Shown here in pieces: positions 35,710-45,876 of a stretch of DNA of 64,000 nucleotides (positions within the stretch are counted from its first letter, which is position 1; each line of letters begins with the position of its first letter). The notes beneath the pieces are model-generated. The model searched no databases, had not been told where the DNA came from, and saw nothing but the letters and a program-made list of their open reading frames with translations. This stretch comes from a virus. A program made the position numbers and the translations under genes. Location: IMG/VR virus record IMGVR_UViG_3300025728_000145, positions 3,944 through 67,943 of that record; one strand, 5' to 3'.

Positions 35710-36318
35710 ATGACAGTTTTCAATCCATTCGACCAAGACTCTATGCCGGAACCACCGGAGATCGAGGGTCAACCTGTCTCCCGTTCACCGAGTGCAGGTA
35801 AGACTTCTCCTGCCGAGCAAGGTCTAGAAATCCCTATGGGATGGAAGCCATCCATCATGGAACCAGTTCCGGTGATGCGCTGCACCGGCACCAGCAGTAC
35901 TACCGGAGAGAGATGCAGGAAGTGGTCTCTTCGAGGTACCACCGTCTGCAAGAATCACGGAGCACAGTTCCCCAGCGTACAGGAACATGCTAATGCCGTA
36001 GTAGAGTCTGCAAGGATGAGACTGTTCGGTATGGCTGACGACGCCGTTGAAGTGATGTACGACCTTATCCAAGAGGGTAAGTCAGATCAGATCAGGCTCA
36101 AAGCCGCTGAGAACATCCTGAACCGTGCAGGTATCAAGGATGCCATTGACATCAACGTTGAGGTCTCCCACAACGAGAACCCGTCAGACTCCATCTTGAA
36201 GCAACTCCAGATCATGCGGGAGCGTCAGGAAGCAGCTAAGAAAGAATCCGAACTAATTGATGAAGGAGAACACGATGAAGAGATCATTGATGCCGAAGAG
36301 AAGCCCGAAGAAAGCTAA
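35710..36318 (+). CDS. Putative terminase small subunit (HGGxSTG-like Zn finger plus helical domain)
   Basis: RCTGTSSTTGERCRKWSLRGTTVCKNHGA; SDQIRLKAAENILNRAG; acidic tail; strong TTGACA..TATACT promoter upstream. Confidence 0.55.
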   Translation: MTVFNPFDQDSMPEPPEIEGQPVSRSPSAGKTSPAEQGLEIPMGWKPSIMEPVPVMRCTGTSSTTGERCRKWSLRGTTVCKNHGAQFPSVQEHANAVVESARMRLFGMADDAVEVMYDLIQEGKSDQIRLKAAENILNRAGIKDAIDINVEVSHNENPSDSILKQLQIMRERQEAAKKESELIDEGEHDEEIIDAEEKPEES

Positions 36319-37230
36319 GCTTGATCCGTCCTATGAGAAAGCTTTGCTAGAGTACGTGCGAAAGCACTTCCCTCACATGCTTCTGAACAACCCTCCGGGT
36401 CCACGCAGGAAACGTCCTCCACGGGCAAATTAGCAACAAAACGCGCCTCTCCACGTCGTAAAATATTTCAACACACCGAAAGAGAACCAATGTCAACCCA
36501 CCACCTCTGTGTGAAATGCAACAAAAACTTCGCCGTAATCGGCCAAGACTACTGCCCTGTGCATGGAGGCGTGGTCCCCAAAACAATCAAAGAGTATGAA
36601 GAACTCCGAGACTCCAAGCTGATCACGGGAGCACAGTTTTACACGTCCCCCGGAGTCCCCGCCTTTACAGAGCAGACGGAGTCTGATAGACTATTAAAGT
36701 TGCGGGAGTACATCAGCAATCGACTGTCAGGTCTGTCCATGAATCCTCACTACATCGATCAGTATGACGAGGGATGGGTCACTGGAGTTTCCGACTCTTA
36801 CCGAGAAATCCTACGGATGATCGATTCCATGTACCCCAACCTCTAATCCTATCAGAAAGGCAAGAAAATCGCAAGAGCAAATACCCCACTCAATCCGGAG
36901 CCTGTCTACCGTGCCGTAGTCCTGTGGCATTATCCGGGCATGTACTACCCTCAGTCGGACTGGGAGATCAAGAGCGGATACGCGTCACGCCCACTACCTG
37001 ATGCTCAAACTTATATAGCCTATGATGAATCGGGTAATGAAAGAGAGATAGAGTATCACTCTTATATTTGCCGTGGCCCGTACTCCATGCCGGGACCGGC
37101 TAAGTCTCAGGTTACAGCAGCCGCACAGAGCCGGTGGAGTCCATCACATAATGACTACATAGTCTACGCCGAGGTGGAGGAATCCACAGGAGCTTGGAAC
37201 ACGAAGCCAAAGGGCGTAAAGTAGGTCCAG

Positions 37231-37474
37231 GAGGCTCTACCGGCCAGCAGTGATCCACGGTAGGGCCTCTTCCCCTGAGAACCAAACGGCTGTAGACTTA
37301 GCTTACCAGCATCCCGGAACGAACGGCTGAGATTCTGGAAAAGGGTCTCCCGGTTCACTGCCCCCCAGAGTGCCGGGAGGCCCCTACAACACAACTGAAT
37401 AACCTAGTGGGCACCGAACCTATCCGTAGGCTTGGCGCAAGCAGAAGACCCTCAGCCTAAACTGGGGGTCTTCT
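37231..37474 (+). ncRNA. Non-coding hairpin cluster
   Basis: Stems at 37231-69, 37342-85 and 37443-74; no RBS-led ORF. Confidence 0.4.
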
Positions 37475-37540
37475 CTTTGACGAGATGCCGTGATAAACTT
37501 TTTGAACCGAATCGACACGGTACACAGATAGATCCACAAA

Positions 37541-37572
37541 GAAAGACCCCTAGCGGGAACTAGGGGTCTTTC
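37541..37572. terminator. Bidirectional terminator
   Basis: aaaGAAAGACCCCTAG-cgggaa-CTAGGGGTCTTTCcttt at the 3' end of the minus-strand DGQHR gene. Confidence 0.85.
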
Positions 37573-37580
37573 CTTTGCCG

Positions 37581-39002
37581 TTAGGCTTCTACGCCGGGTG
37601 CCTTGTCAAGGTAGACCAGTTCGTAGAGCGTGGCGTAGAGTCCGGTGACTCCAGCGAAGCCTGCACCGTGAGAGGTCCACGGATTGCCGGGGCGCTTCTC
37701 CCAATCCACCTGACCGAGCTTGGAGACCTTTGCCGCAACTGCGGACCAGAACTCTTCCTCAGTGCGGGACTGCTCCAGAGCGCCAGAGAGGATGTCCTTG
37801 CCGAGCTTGGAGACGGAGCCGACACCAGCGAGGTTCTTGAGTTGGTACTTGACCTTCTCTTCCACCGGGTCTCCACCTTCGATAGGTACGACCAGTCGCG
37901 GACGTTCCTGCCATGCCGGGGCGCATGTACGGGCAACGAGTTCCCAGTACTTCTTGGCCACCTTCTCCAGCTTCAGCCCACGGTGCTCCAGACGGCCCAT
38001 CAACTGCTCAGGGAGCATGTTGCCGACCGAACGGCGCAGACCTTCATAGGATACCGGACGGTCCCGTTCCTGCGGCCCACCAGTCATGTTGACCAGACCG
38101 TACCAAACGGAGTCGCCATCTTCTGCCAGAGAGCGAGCGACCTCACGGACGATCTGTTCGTGTGCGGGGTTGCCCTGCTCCATGTGGACCTTTGTGGCCT
38201 CGATGAGAGCCTTGGGAAGCTTGCGCTGGTTGGTGTTGATGTCATCGAACAGCGTAGCTTCGTCCGTGTAGCGCAGACCGTAGTAGAGCATCACCGGAAC
38301 GTCCGGGTTGAAGTTGGCCTTGTTCTCCCATGCCCAGAACAGACCACCAGTGCGGTGCTGTCCGTCAACGATGGAGACAACGGAGGGGCCGAACTCCTTG
38401 TGGATACCCTTGATGTCTCCCTTGTTGAACAGGTGGTTGAACTTTGCCTTCTCCTTTTCGGAGTAGACGCGAACGGACGCGATGATCGGGGTGATCAAGT
38501 GAGCGTGCGTATGCTGCTCATCGGTCTCCTGAGAGTAGTACCGTCCGATTGCAGGGAAGCGAGCTTCGAGCGGATCGCGCTGATATCCGTTCTGCCGTGG
38601 TGAGGTGGACTGCTCATCCACCGAGTTGTATGTGGAGATGAACGCGAGTTCCTTCAGGGCATCAGGAGTCAGGGTAGCGAGTGCCGCCTTGCCAGCGACA
38701 AACTCCGACTCGATGACCATGCGGCGTTCCTTCTTTGCCTGTGATTCGGCGCGAGTTTCAAACTCCGGTTCCTTCGGCTCTGCGGCCTTACCTTCCGGAT
38801 CGGTTTCTTCCTTGGGGTTGTCCGAGAACATGGGCTTGACATCCGGTGCGGGTGCCGTGACCTTGGGAGCTTCCTCCGTAACTTCTTCGGTGACCGTTGC
38901 AGTTGCGGATTCCGCTGCTGCGATTTGTGCTGCTGCCTTCTCTGCGTTGGCCTTGCGGGTTGCCGCTGCCTTCTGTCCGCGAGTAAGAGTCTGAGTAGCC
39001 AT
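37581..39002 (-). CDS. DGQHR-domain protein (ParB/Srx/DndB superfamily)
   Basis: GYQR..R, SIVDGQHR, EATLFDDINTNQRKLPK motifs; Ala/Lys-rich N-terminal extension (KAAATRKANAEKAAA); GAAAGG RBS. Confidence 0.85.
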   Translation of the reverse strand: MATQTLTRGQKAAATRKANAEKAAAQIAAAESATATVTEEVTEEAPKVTAPAPDVKPMFSDNPKEETDPEGKAAEPKEPEFETRAESQAKKERRMVIESEFVAGKAALATLTPDALKELAFISTYNSVDEQSTSPRQNGYQRDPLEARFPAIGRYYSQETDEQHTHAHLITPIIASVRVYSEKEKAKFNHLFNKGDIKGIHKEFGPSVVSIVDGQHRTGGLFWAWENKANFNPDVPVMLYYGLRYTDEATLFDDINTNQRKLPKALIEATKVHMEQGNPAHEQIVREVARSLAEDGDSVWYGLVNMTGGPQERDRPVSYEGLRRSVGNMLPEQLMGRLEHRGLKLEKVAKKYWELVARTCAPAWQERPRLVVPIEGGDPVEEKVKYQLKNLAGVGSVSKLGKDILSGALEQSRTEEEFWSAVAAKVSKLGQVDWEKRPGNPWTSHGAGFAGVTGLYATLYELVYLDKAPGVEA

Positions 39003-39225
39003 GATAGTGATCCTTTCAATAGTCTATTTGAATGTTGTGTGGTAGCCCCTCCTTTCCGAGGTGGTTTCCATGTCTCAAACATTACGCCTCCTTTTCCAGT
39101 ATGACAAGTTGACTTTGAAAAATATTTTTCCTCTGGTAGGCGATTCCGCGTAATGCCGGGGCTGATCCTCAAAAAACAAGTAGTGCCGGTTTGCAAACTG
39201 AGTACTGCCGGGGTAGGATTGAAGC

Positions 39226-39420
39226 ATGAACCAGACCAAATATGCGGTAGGAGATCCTGTAAAGATCACTGCTGGTACCTATGCGGGTGCCGAAGGTGTC
39301 ATTGCGGATCTACAGCCTGAGTGTGATGCGGTGCGGTTAGAGACTAAAGAAGGCACTGCGTACTCATTCCTAGAGTCCATGGTGCCGCTGCCGAAGCCTA
39401 GGCCACCACGGCGTAAGTGA
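39226..39420 (+). CDS. KOW-motif protein, leaderless
   Basis: YAVGDPVKITAGTYAGAEGVI; TTGCAA..TAGGAT then ATG. Confidence 0.75.
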   Translation: MNQTKYAVGDPVKITAGTYAGAEGVIADLQPECDAVRLETKEGTAYSFLESMVPLPKPRPPRRK

Positions 39421-39579
39421 TGCAGACCACAACTGAATAACATGCGGTAAGGACTGGGGGCTTGCCGTACCGTAGCGTTACTCCCTTAGGAGTGGCGCTA
39501 CTTTCTTTTACCCAGACAACAATGCGGTTATGCAGATGCCGTGCCGATAGTGTTATTGGAGAGGATACATGCTCTAGAT

Positions 39580-39936
39580 ATGAAGGTCTCAATGTTCCGA
39601 GTAGAGAAGGCAAACGGTACGGGGCCGTATGTCCAACAGGAAGATCACCCGATGCTTACACACATGTATGCCGTTCACGGTGATTCCGATCATCCTGAGC
39701 CGTGGGATGATCCACTGCTTGAAACAATTTATCCCGACGAAGTATGCGGCTTCCCTACACTCTGTGCCGTAGAGGAATGGTTTGCCGGATACGAAGACCC
39801 TCTTGCCGAGTGCGGCTACAGCATCGTAGCCTACACGGTACCAATACATTCAGTACGATACGGTAAGCAACAGTCAGTATTCCTTAAGAAGGATGCGGTA
39901 CTTGTGCGGAGAATGCCGATGATAGGTCAGCCATGA
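39580..39936 (+). CDS. Hypothetical protein (FRVE..GPY..HPxP family), paralog of 42078
   Basis: GGAGAGG RBS; motifs shared with 42078..42467. Confidence 0.7.
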   Translation: MKVSMFRVEKANGTGPYVQQEDHPMLTHMYAVHGDSDHPEPWDDPLLETIYPDEVCGFPTLCAVEEWFAGYEDPLAECGYSIVAYTVPIHSVRYGKQQSVFLKKDAVLVRRMPMIGQP

Positions 39937-40023
39937 TAGAACGTCTCCTTGCCGCTCAGGATATGATACGGCTACTGCTAGGCAATGCGGATGCCAGAGA
40001 AGCAGATGCGGTTACCGCTCAGT

Positions 40024-40284
40024 TTGTAAAAGATGCGGTGCCGTGATAGACTGAACACCGTTCGATACACAATGATAAGAAGCCCTCCCGATTACCACTT
40101 GGGTCCTAGACCAGCGGGAGGGCTTTTGTGTGTCTTGACTTAGATGCGGTGCCGTGATAGAATGAGATGTATCAGGTAGGCGCTCTCCTTCCGAGCACCG
40201 AAGACCCTCTCGGCCAACAGTATGCCAGTACTGCGGGAGGGTCTTTCTTTTGCCCTTGACAATGCGGTTCCGTTACCATAGACT
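40024..40284 (+). promoter_or_regulatory. Three tandem sigma-70 promoters separated by terminators
   Basis: TTGTAA-17-TAGACT (40024), TTGACT-17-TAGAAT (40135), TTGACA-17-TAGACT (40256); 20-bp repeat AGATGCGGTGCCGTGATAGA; hairpins 40080-125 and 40201-245 with U-tracts. Confidence 0.8.
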
Positions 40285-40290
40285 AAGTAT

Positions 40291-40452
40291 ATGAACAGAG
40301 TAATCATTACCGCCATGGGTGACGATTCGTCATATGCTATTCTGCTGCTCACGGAGGAAGAGACTGCCGTAGCTCAGAAGATCGTTGACGCTTTCGAGCC
40401 TGACGGAAACTACGCACCGACAATCAAAATCGAAGTGAAGGAGATAAAATGA
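40291..40452 (+). CDS. Small leaderless protein (not in ORF track)
   Basis: ATG 6 nt after TAGACT; MNRVIITAMGDDSSYAILLL... Confidence 0.65.
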   Translation: MNRVIITAMGDDSSYAILLLTEEETAVAQKIVDAFEPDGNYAPTIKIEVKEIK

Positions 40453-41049
40453 TTTATCGAGACAACGACCCCCACACGCTCCGACAGATGCGGTACCGCC
40501 TCATGGACCGCGTTCGTGATCTTCTCCGGGCTTTGCGGGACAAGTAATGGACACCCGGCAAGTGACCCTAGAGAAGACCGAGACCGATGCGGTTGCCGTG
40601 AGGTACGGTAAATGCATCCTAGGTGCCGTAGCTAAGCTGCCGTTCCAAGATCTCTGGGCTGCTTACCATGACGGACGTCTAGTTGCTACGGCCAAGACCG
40701 ACTGGGCTGCGGCTTACGCACTTGCCACATGGTGCGGATACTGATAGTCTAAGGTTTACCAACTACTTAGGAGAGAACATGGAATACGAAAAGGCTTCAG
40801 ACATTCTTCAGAAGATGCATGACCGTACAGTTGCTGACGCTGAGAATAAAGAACAGCGGTTAGCTCAACTCAACGCGGAGTATGCGGCTGGTGACACCAG
40901 TACCGATACGATTGCGGGTATAAAACTTTTTACCTCCCGAGGTGTCAAGCTCCGTGCCGAAGCCGAGGCCCTAAACGTAGCTATCGAAGCCCTGTGGCGG
41001 CTTGAACAGTTGGACAAGTAAAATGTTTGAACGACTTCAGCCGCGAATC

Positions 41050-41083
41050 CAACCTCAACCTCAACCTCAACCTCAACCTCAAC
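41050..41083 (+). repeat. (CAACCT)5 microsatellite
   Basis: Five perfect hexamers plus CAAC just upstream of the GGAGG RBS of the gene starting at 41101. Confidence 0.9.
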
Positions 41084-42077
41084 AACCACAGGAGGAATCA
41101 ATGCGGTACCGAGACGTACTGTTCATAATCTTCTCGATTGCCCTGACCGCGTTCCTTCTGGTCTGTGCCTTCCGAGGTGGTCACATGATCTTTGACAACC
41201 TCGAAGACGACCGTAAGTACAACCAGCGACAGCAGCAAGCCCAAGAATGGGTAGATCACTGCCGACAAATCAAAGACGCGGAAGTATTTTCCGCCTGTAT
41301 TAAGGCGTACCGATGATCCCACTCCCAGACCTCGAACCGGAGACTCTTAAAACTTTTGAAGCTGCGGTAACGGAGTTGTTCCCGGACGCTACCTTCCGGC
41401 ACGTCGAGCAGACCATCATGGGTCCGCCGTACCTCATCATCTGGATACCGGATGAAACGTCAGTCGTCCCGATAACGCTGTGCATCGATGCGGGACAGGG
41501 ATTGCAGGGAGTTGACAAGGATGACCTTCGTGTCGTAGACTTGTAATACCAACCAACACAGGAGGAATCATGGCACAATCAGCGGAACACATTGCGGCGG
41601 ACAAAGATCACAAGCCCGTATGGGAAGGTGACGAAATCTACGATTGCTCAGTATGTGGACTAGCCGTTATGTCAGACGGACGGAACCACGGATTTGATAG
41701 TGACTACGATGTACAGGAGAAGAAGTAATGGCTCGCCGTTCATACGAAACACTCGCCCGTGATCTTGCCAAGGAGAAAGGAATCTCCGTACAGGTAGAAG
41801 TAGACAACGGGCGTGACTTCTCCGTAGAGATCTGGGCGTTCAATGCACATCAAAACTTTGATGATGCTCACACCAACATCCCAAGCATGGAAGGCTACGG
41901 CCTGAAGTCACCGGCTGCGGTGTGGAGGCAGGTCTACGAAGACTTGCAGCAGTACGAAACATGCCCACTGGACTGTCGCTGCTACGAATAAAACTTTTAG
42001 AACGGGTCACCTTGACAGGTGGCTCGTTCTTTTTGTATGCTGGAGCCGTACTGATAAAAACTTACAAGGGGAGAGAT

Positions 42078-42467
42078 TTGAAGACTGTTACTGTATACCG
42101 TGTCGAGCACAAGGAGAAAGGACACGGCCCGTACCTTGACAGGAATGGCATCTTCAGGGGCGTATCCGGACTGCACACAGCACATGAACGATCCCCTCAG
42201 CACCCCGGACCACGACAAGACGGGCTGGGTTGGGATGTTTACGGCAAGTCCTTTGCCTTCCCTGACCGCGAGCGCATGGACTGGTGGTTCAAAGATTTCA
42301 AGCACAAGCTCAACCGTGAAGGATTCGTCGTAAACATTTACGAGGTGGGTGAAGAACACACGACCGTAAGTGAAAGTGGCAAGCAAGTCATCTTCGAAAA
42401 AGATCAAGCCAAGCTGGTTGACACGCAAAGTGTCATAGGGTATAGTAAATATTACCAAACCAACTAG
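42078..42467 (+). CDS. Hypothetical protein, paralog of 39580
   Basis: TTG start; VYRVE..GPY..HPGP..FAF..WWF..GF..KQVIF. Confidence 0.75.
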   Translation: MKTVTVYRVEHKEKGHGPYLDRNGIFRGVSGLHTAHERSPQHPGPRQDGLGWDVYGKSFAFPDRERMDWWFKDFKHKLNREGFVVNIYEVGEEHTTVSESGKQVIFEKDQAKLVDTQSVIGYSKYYQTN

Positions 42468-44441
42468 GAGGAAATCATGGCAAAGGTAATGACCAGCGTA
42501 CAGAACATGTCAGATGCACTGGAGTTCGCAACCAACAGCATGGACGAACGACTGGGTGGCCGAGTGGACGCTGTTGGACACATCGGTAAGTTGCTGACCG
42601 GAGTGTACGACGCTGACCAACTGGACGGCATCCAGAACGAAATCTTCGCAGAAGCTTCGAAAGACTACCGTGAAGGTTACGAAGAAATGTGGAACACCAT
42701 CTACACCAAAGCCGTAGGATTCTAGGAGGAATCATGGAAAAGTCAGAGCCGTTCACCATCACAACGATCATCACTTTCGATGACCAGAACGAACCACAGG
42801 CGGTGACCGTTGAAAACTTTGGTGGAATGCCACGATCAGCCGTAAGGGCAATCTGTGAGGAAGCACTTGACCGACACTTTGGGCGCGGAGCGATTGAATA
42901 CAGCGTCAACACCTCATCGGTTGAGGCATTCGAACAGGCAGATGACTTCGTAGTATTTGAAGTTCGTAAGCTGGTCTAAAAACTTTGAAGGTCCGGACTT
43001 GCATCCGGACCTTTACTGTTATAGACTATTGTTATCAGCCAAACAGGAGGAATCATGGCAACGGTAAAAATCGGAGACATCAGCCGTAACGGTCTGTACC
43101 AGATCACAGACACCAATTGGGACAGCAATGGCACCATGAAGGTTACTGTTCGCGAACTCATCGGAGAGCGGGAGATTCCAAAAGACCGCCTTGAAGCAAT
43201 GCGAAGGTTTGCCCGTCGCGCACTTCCGGAGTACCGTAAAGGTCAGACTCGCGGTGCCCGTACCATTCGAACATGGTATGCAGATGGATGCAGCCGCGCA
43301 ACATTCGCAGTCACCCGTAACGAACGGTAGTTGACAACGGGATGAAAGTCCCATAGACTAAGTACATACCAACCGGAACAAGTCCTAGGAGGACAAAATG
43401 AGCAAGTACACTCACGAAGAGAACCGCATGTCACTTCAAGCGATCACCCTCCAAGCTTTCGAAGCAGGATTGCTGAAAGAGAACCAGCGTCTCTACTACG
43501 ACAAGGGCAACGGTAACTACGCTGTACCTACTCGGATCAAGGTCGAAGAGTTCAACGAAGAGACTCAGAAGTGGGAATACATCAGCCACCCTGCATGGGT
43601 TCCTGAGTTCACCTACAAGGACGGACCAACCGCAGTAGGTAAGGTGCTCACTGGAGTAGCCAACGTCCTCTGGGCCGTCATCATGAACAAGCGCCAAGCA
43701 GAACTGGACGAACTCCGGAAGTAAAAATTTTATGTCGCTCCGCTTGACACCAACAAGCGGGGCGGCATAAGATGGTTACACCAACGAAGTCCACAGGAGG
43801 ACAGCATGAAACTTTTCACAGTCACGATGAGCGTCAACAACAATCTTCTTTCTGTACCCATTAATCAGGTTCAGGGATTTGGAGAACACTCCCCCACCCA
43901 AGGCTTCATCTTTATGGGGACAAAGACGGTGACCACAAAGGAGAGCTATTCGACTCTCGTAGAAATGTGGAACGACTTGACAGGTGAGTCCGAGTAGCTT
44001 AGACTATAGTTACCAACGAAGTCCTAGGAGGACACAATGCGCATCACGCACAAAACCCTGAAAGCACTTCTCGAAGACCTGAAAGCTGTCGAGAACCGCG
44101 AAGGTGACTACCTCGCAGCACTTGACTCAGCGGTAAGCACTGTTGAGGAATGGGTCGAAGTATCCGCACCTGATCCATCCGAGGGGACACGCTACTACTC
44201 GGACGACTTCTTGGACTACGAAGAGTCGAAGCCCTACGGTGATGACACAGCCCGAATCATCGACATTCACGCTGGTGTCATTGCCTACTCACACAAGGGC
44301 AACGCGGCAGACATCTGCCAAGCTCTGGAAGTCAATCCGCTCTCACAGTACAAAGACGAACGGTAAAACTTTTAGGTAGTGGGTTTGCAATCGTAGGCCC
44401 ACTACCTTAGACTAGAACTACCAACCACACAGGAGGACAAA

Positions 44442-44753
44442 ATGTCTGTAGCACTTGAAACCGCAGTATCCATCGACGCAATTGAAGAAGCTCTCGTTGA
44501 AGCGGGAATGTATCCTGAGTACGTCGGAGAAGACGACGGCACGACGTTCACCATCACCTACGGTGACAAGGAGATTCAGATTTTCAACGCAGTCAGCGGT
44601 GACTCGTTTGTAGCCGAAAATCTTTCATCGGCCAGCTACTACTTTGGGATCATCGGCAAGGACGTTACACGGGCTTTTGAGGACGTGGAGACTCTGGAAG
44701 AGTTCATGGCCGCAGTTCGGGACTGCATGGAAGCGAACTTCATGCCACGCTAA
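44442..44753 (+). CDS. Acidic early-region protein
   Basis: Own promoter and RBS; D/E-rich. Confidence 0.8.
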   Translation: MSVALETAVSIDAIEEALVEAGMYPEYVGEDDGTTFTITYGDKEIQIFNAVSGDSFVAENLSSASYYFGIIGKDVTRAFEDVETLEEFMAAVRDCMEANFMPR

Positions 44754-44848
44754 AAGAATTTAAACTATCGGCCCTTGTCAGTTGACAGGGGCCATTAGTT
44801 TGTCATAGACTATAGTTACCAACACAGCAACAGTCCTAGGAGGACAAA

Positions 44849-45496
44849 ATGAGCGGGTTCACAATGGCAGACTTCAACATCACCGTAGATGAAGAGACCG
44901 GCCACCGGGTTGCCAAGTTCGCAGTAGACTCCAACATGCTGCCCGTAGAACAGCCGGACATGTACAGCACCTACAACGGTGACTACTTCACTGAGCGCTA
45001 CCTCGAAAATATGGAAGAGGACGGACAGCCGGGAGACTATGACGCCTACGACTGGAAGTACGATTCCTCCGCAGTGTGCAGGAAACTCAGTGAGGTGGGA
45101 GCACAGGATGTCGTTAATCAGCTTTCGTCGGAGGGAATCATCCGTAGTGTTGAGGTGGAAAGCACATGGTCACCTCGTGAATATAACTTTGCAACGGACA
45201 GCTACAAAGCAGTCTGGGAGTTCGATCTTGATCTTCTGGAAGCATGGGCAAAAGAAAATAGGTTCAACGACTCCGAGTACGTCAAGAAATATCACAGCAG
45301 CTACGACGGATTCATGTCCTATGTAGAAGATTGGATGGAAGATGAGCGGTATGTTGAGGGGTCAACACTTTGGCTCACACTGGCCGCTTACCTCCGGATG
45401 AACCTTGATCTGGTACAGCAAGAGGAATCTATGCGAGAGGTCGAGTATGAAGCATGGGATGAGACCACCACGATCACACTGAAAACAGAAGACTAA
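44849..45496 (+). CDS. Highly acidic, aromatic-rich early-region protein
   Basis: Own promoter and RBS; WSPREYNFATD, HSSYDGFMSY motifs. Confidence 0.85.
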   Translation: MSGFTMADFNITVDEETGHRVAKFAVDSNMLPVEQPDMYSTYNGDYFTERYLENMEEDGQPGDYDAYDWKYDSSAVCRKLSEVGAQDVVNQLSSEGIIRSVEVESTWSPREYNFATDSYKAVWEFDLDLLEAWAKENRFNDSEYVKKYHSSYDGFMSYVEDWMEDERYVEGSTLWLTLAAYLRMNLDLVQQEESMREVEYEAWDETTTITLKTED

Positions 45497-45876
45497 AAAC
45501 TTTTAGAGCGGTCCTTGACAGGGCCGCTCTAACTGTTTTAGACTGTAGTTACCAACAAAGCCTAGGAGGGCAATCATGGAAAAGGAACTTACACTCGAAC
45601 AGGCTCAAGAGTTTGTAAAGACTCGCGACGGCTACGGTTCCACTCGACTTTATGGAATCATTGCGGACGGTGATTTCGCTGGACAGACTGTGGCAATCAA
45701 GTCCACCTATCACCTCGAACGGTACACCTACTCTCGTATCTACACAAAGTCCACAACCATTACCGATATCGTCGGTAAGGCATAGTCACAAAAGTTTTTC
45801 TCTACCGGACTTGCATAGAGTAAGTAAGTCCGGTAGAGTAGGTACTACCAACAAGGAAACGTCCTAGGAGGACAAA

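Larger units (their letters stand above)
39154..41597 (+). repeat. Dense oriented TGC(C/G)G pentamer array
   Basis: About 50 copies counted by eye on the + strand in about 2.45 kb; reverse complement nearly absent. Confidence 0.75.

Noticed and set aside
37575-38994. 342-aa and 129-aa + strand ORFs
   Set aside because: Antisense to the DGQHR gene; no RBS or motifs
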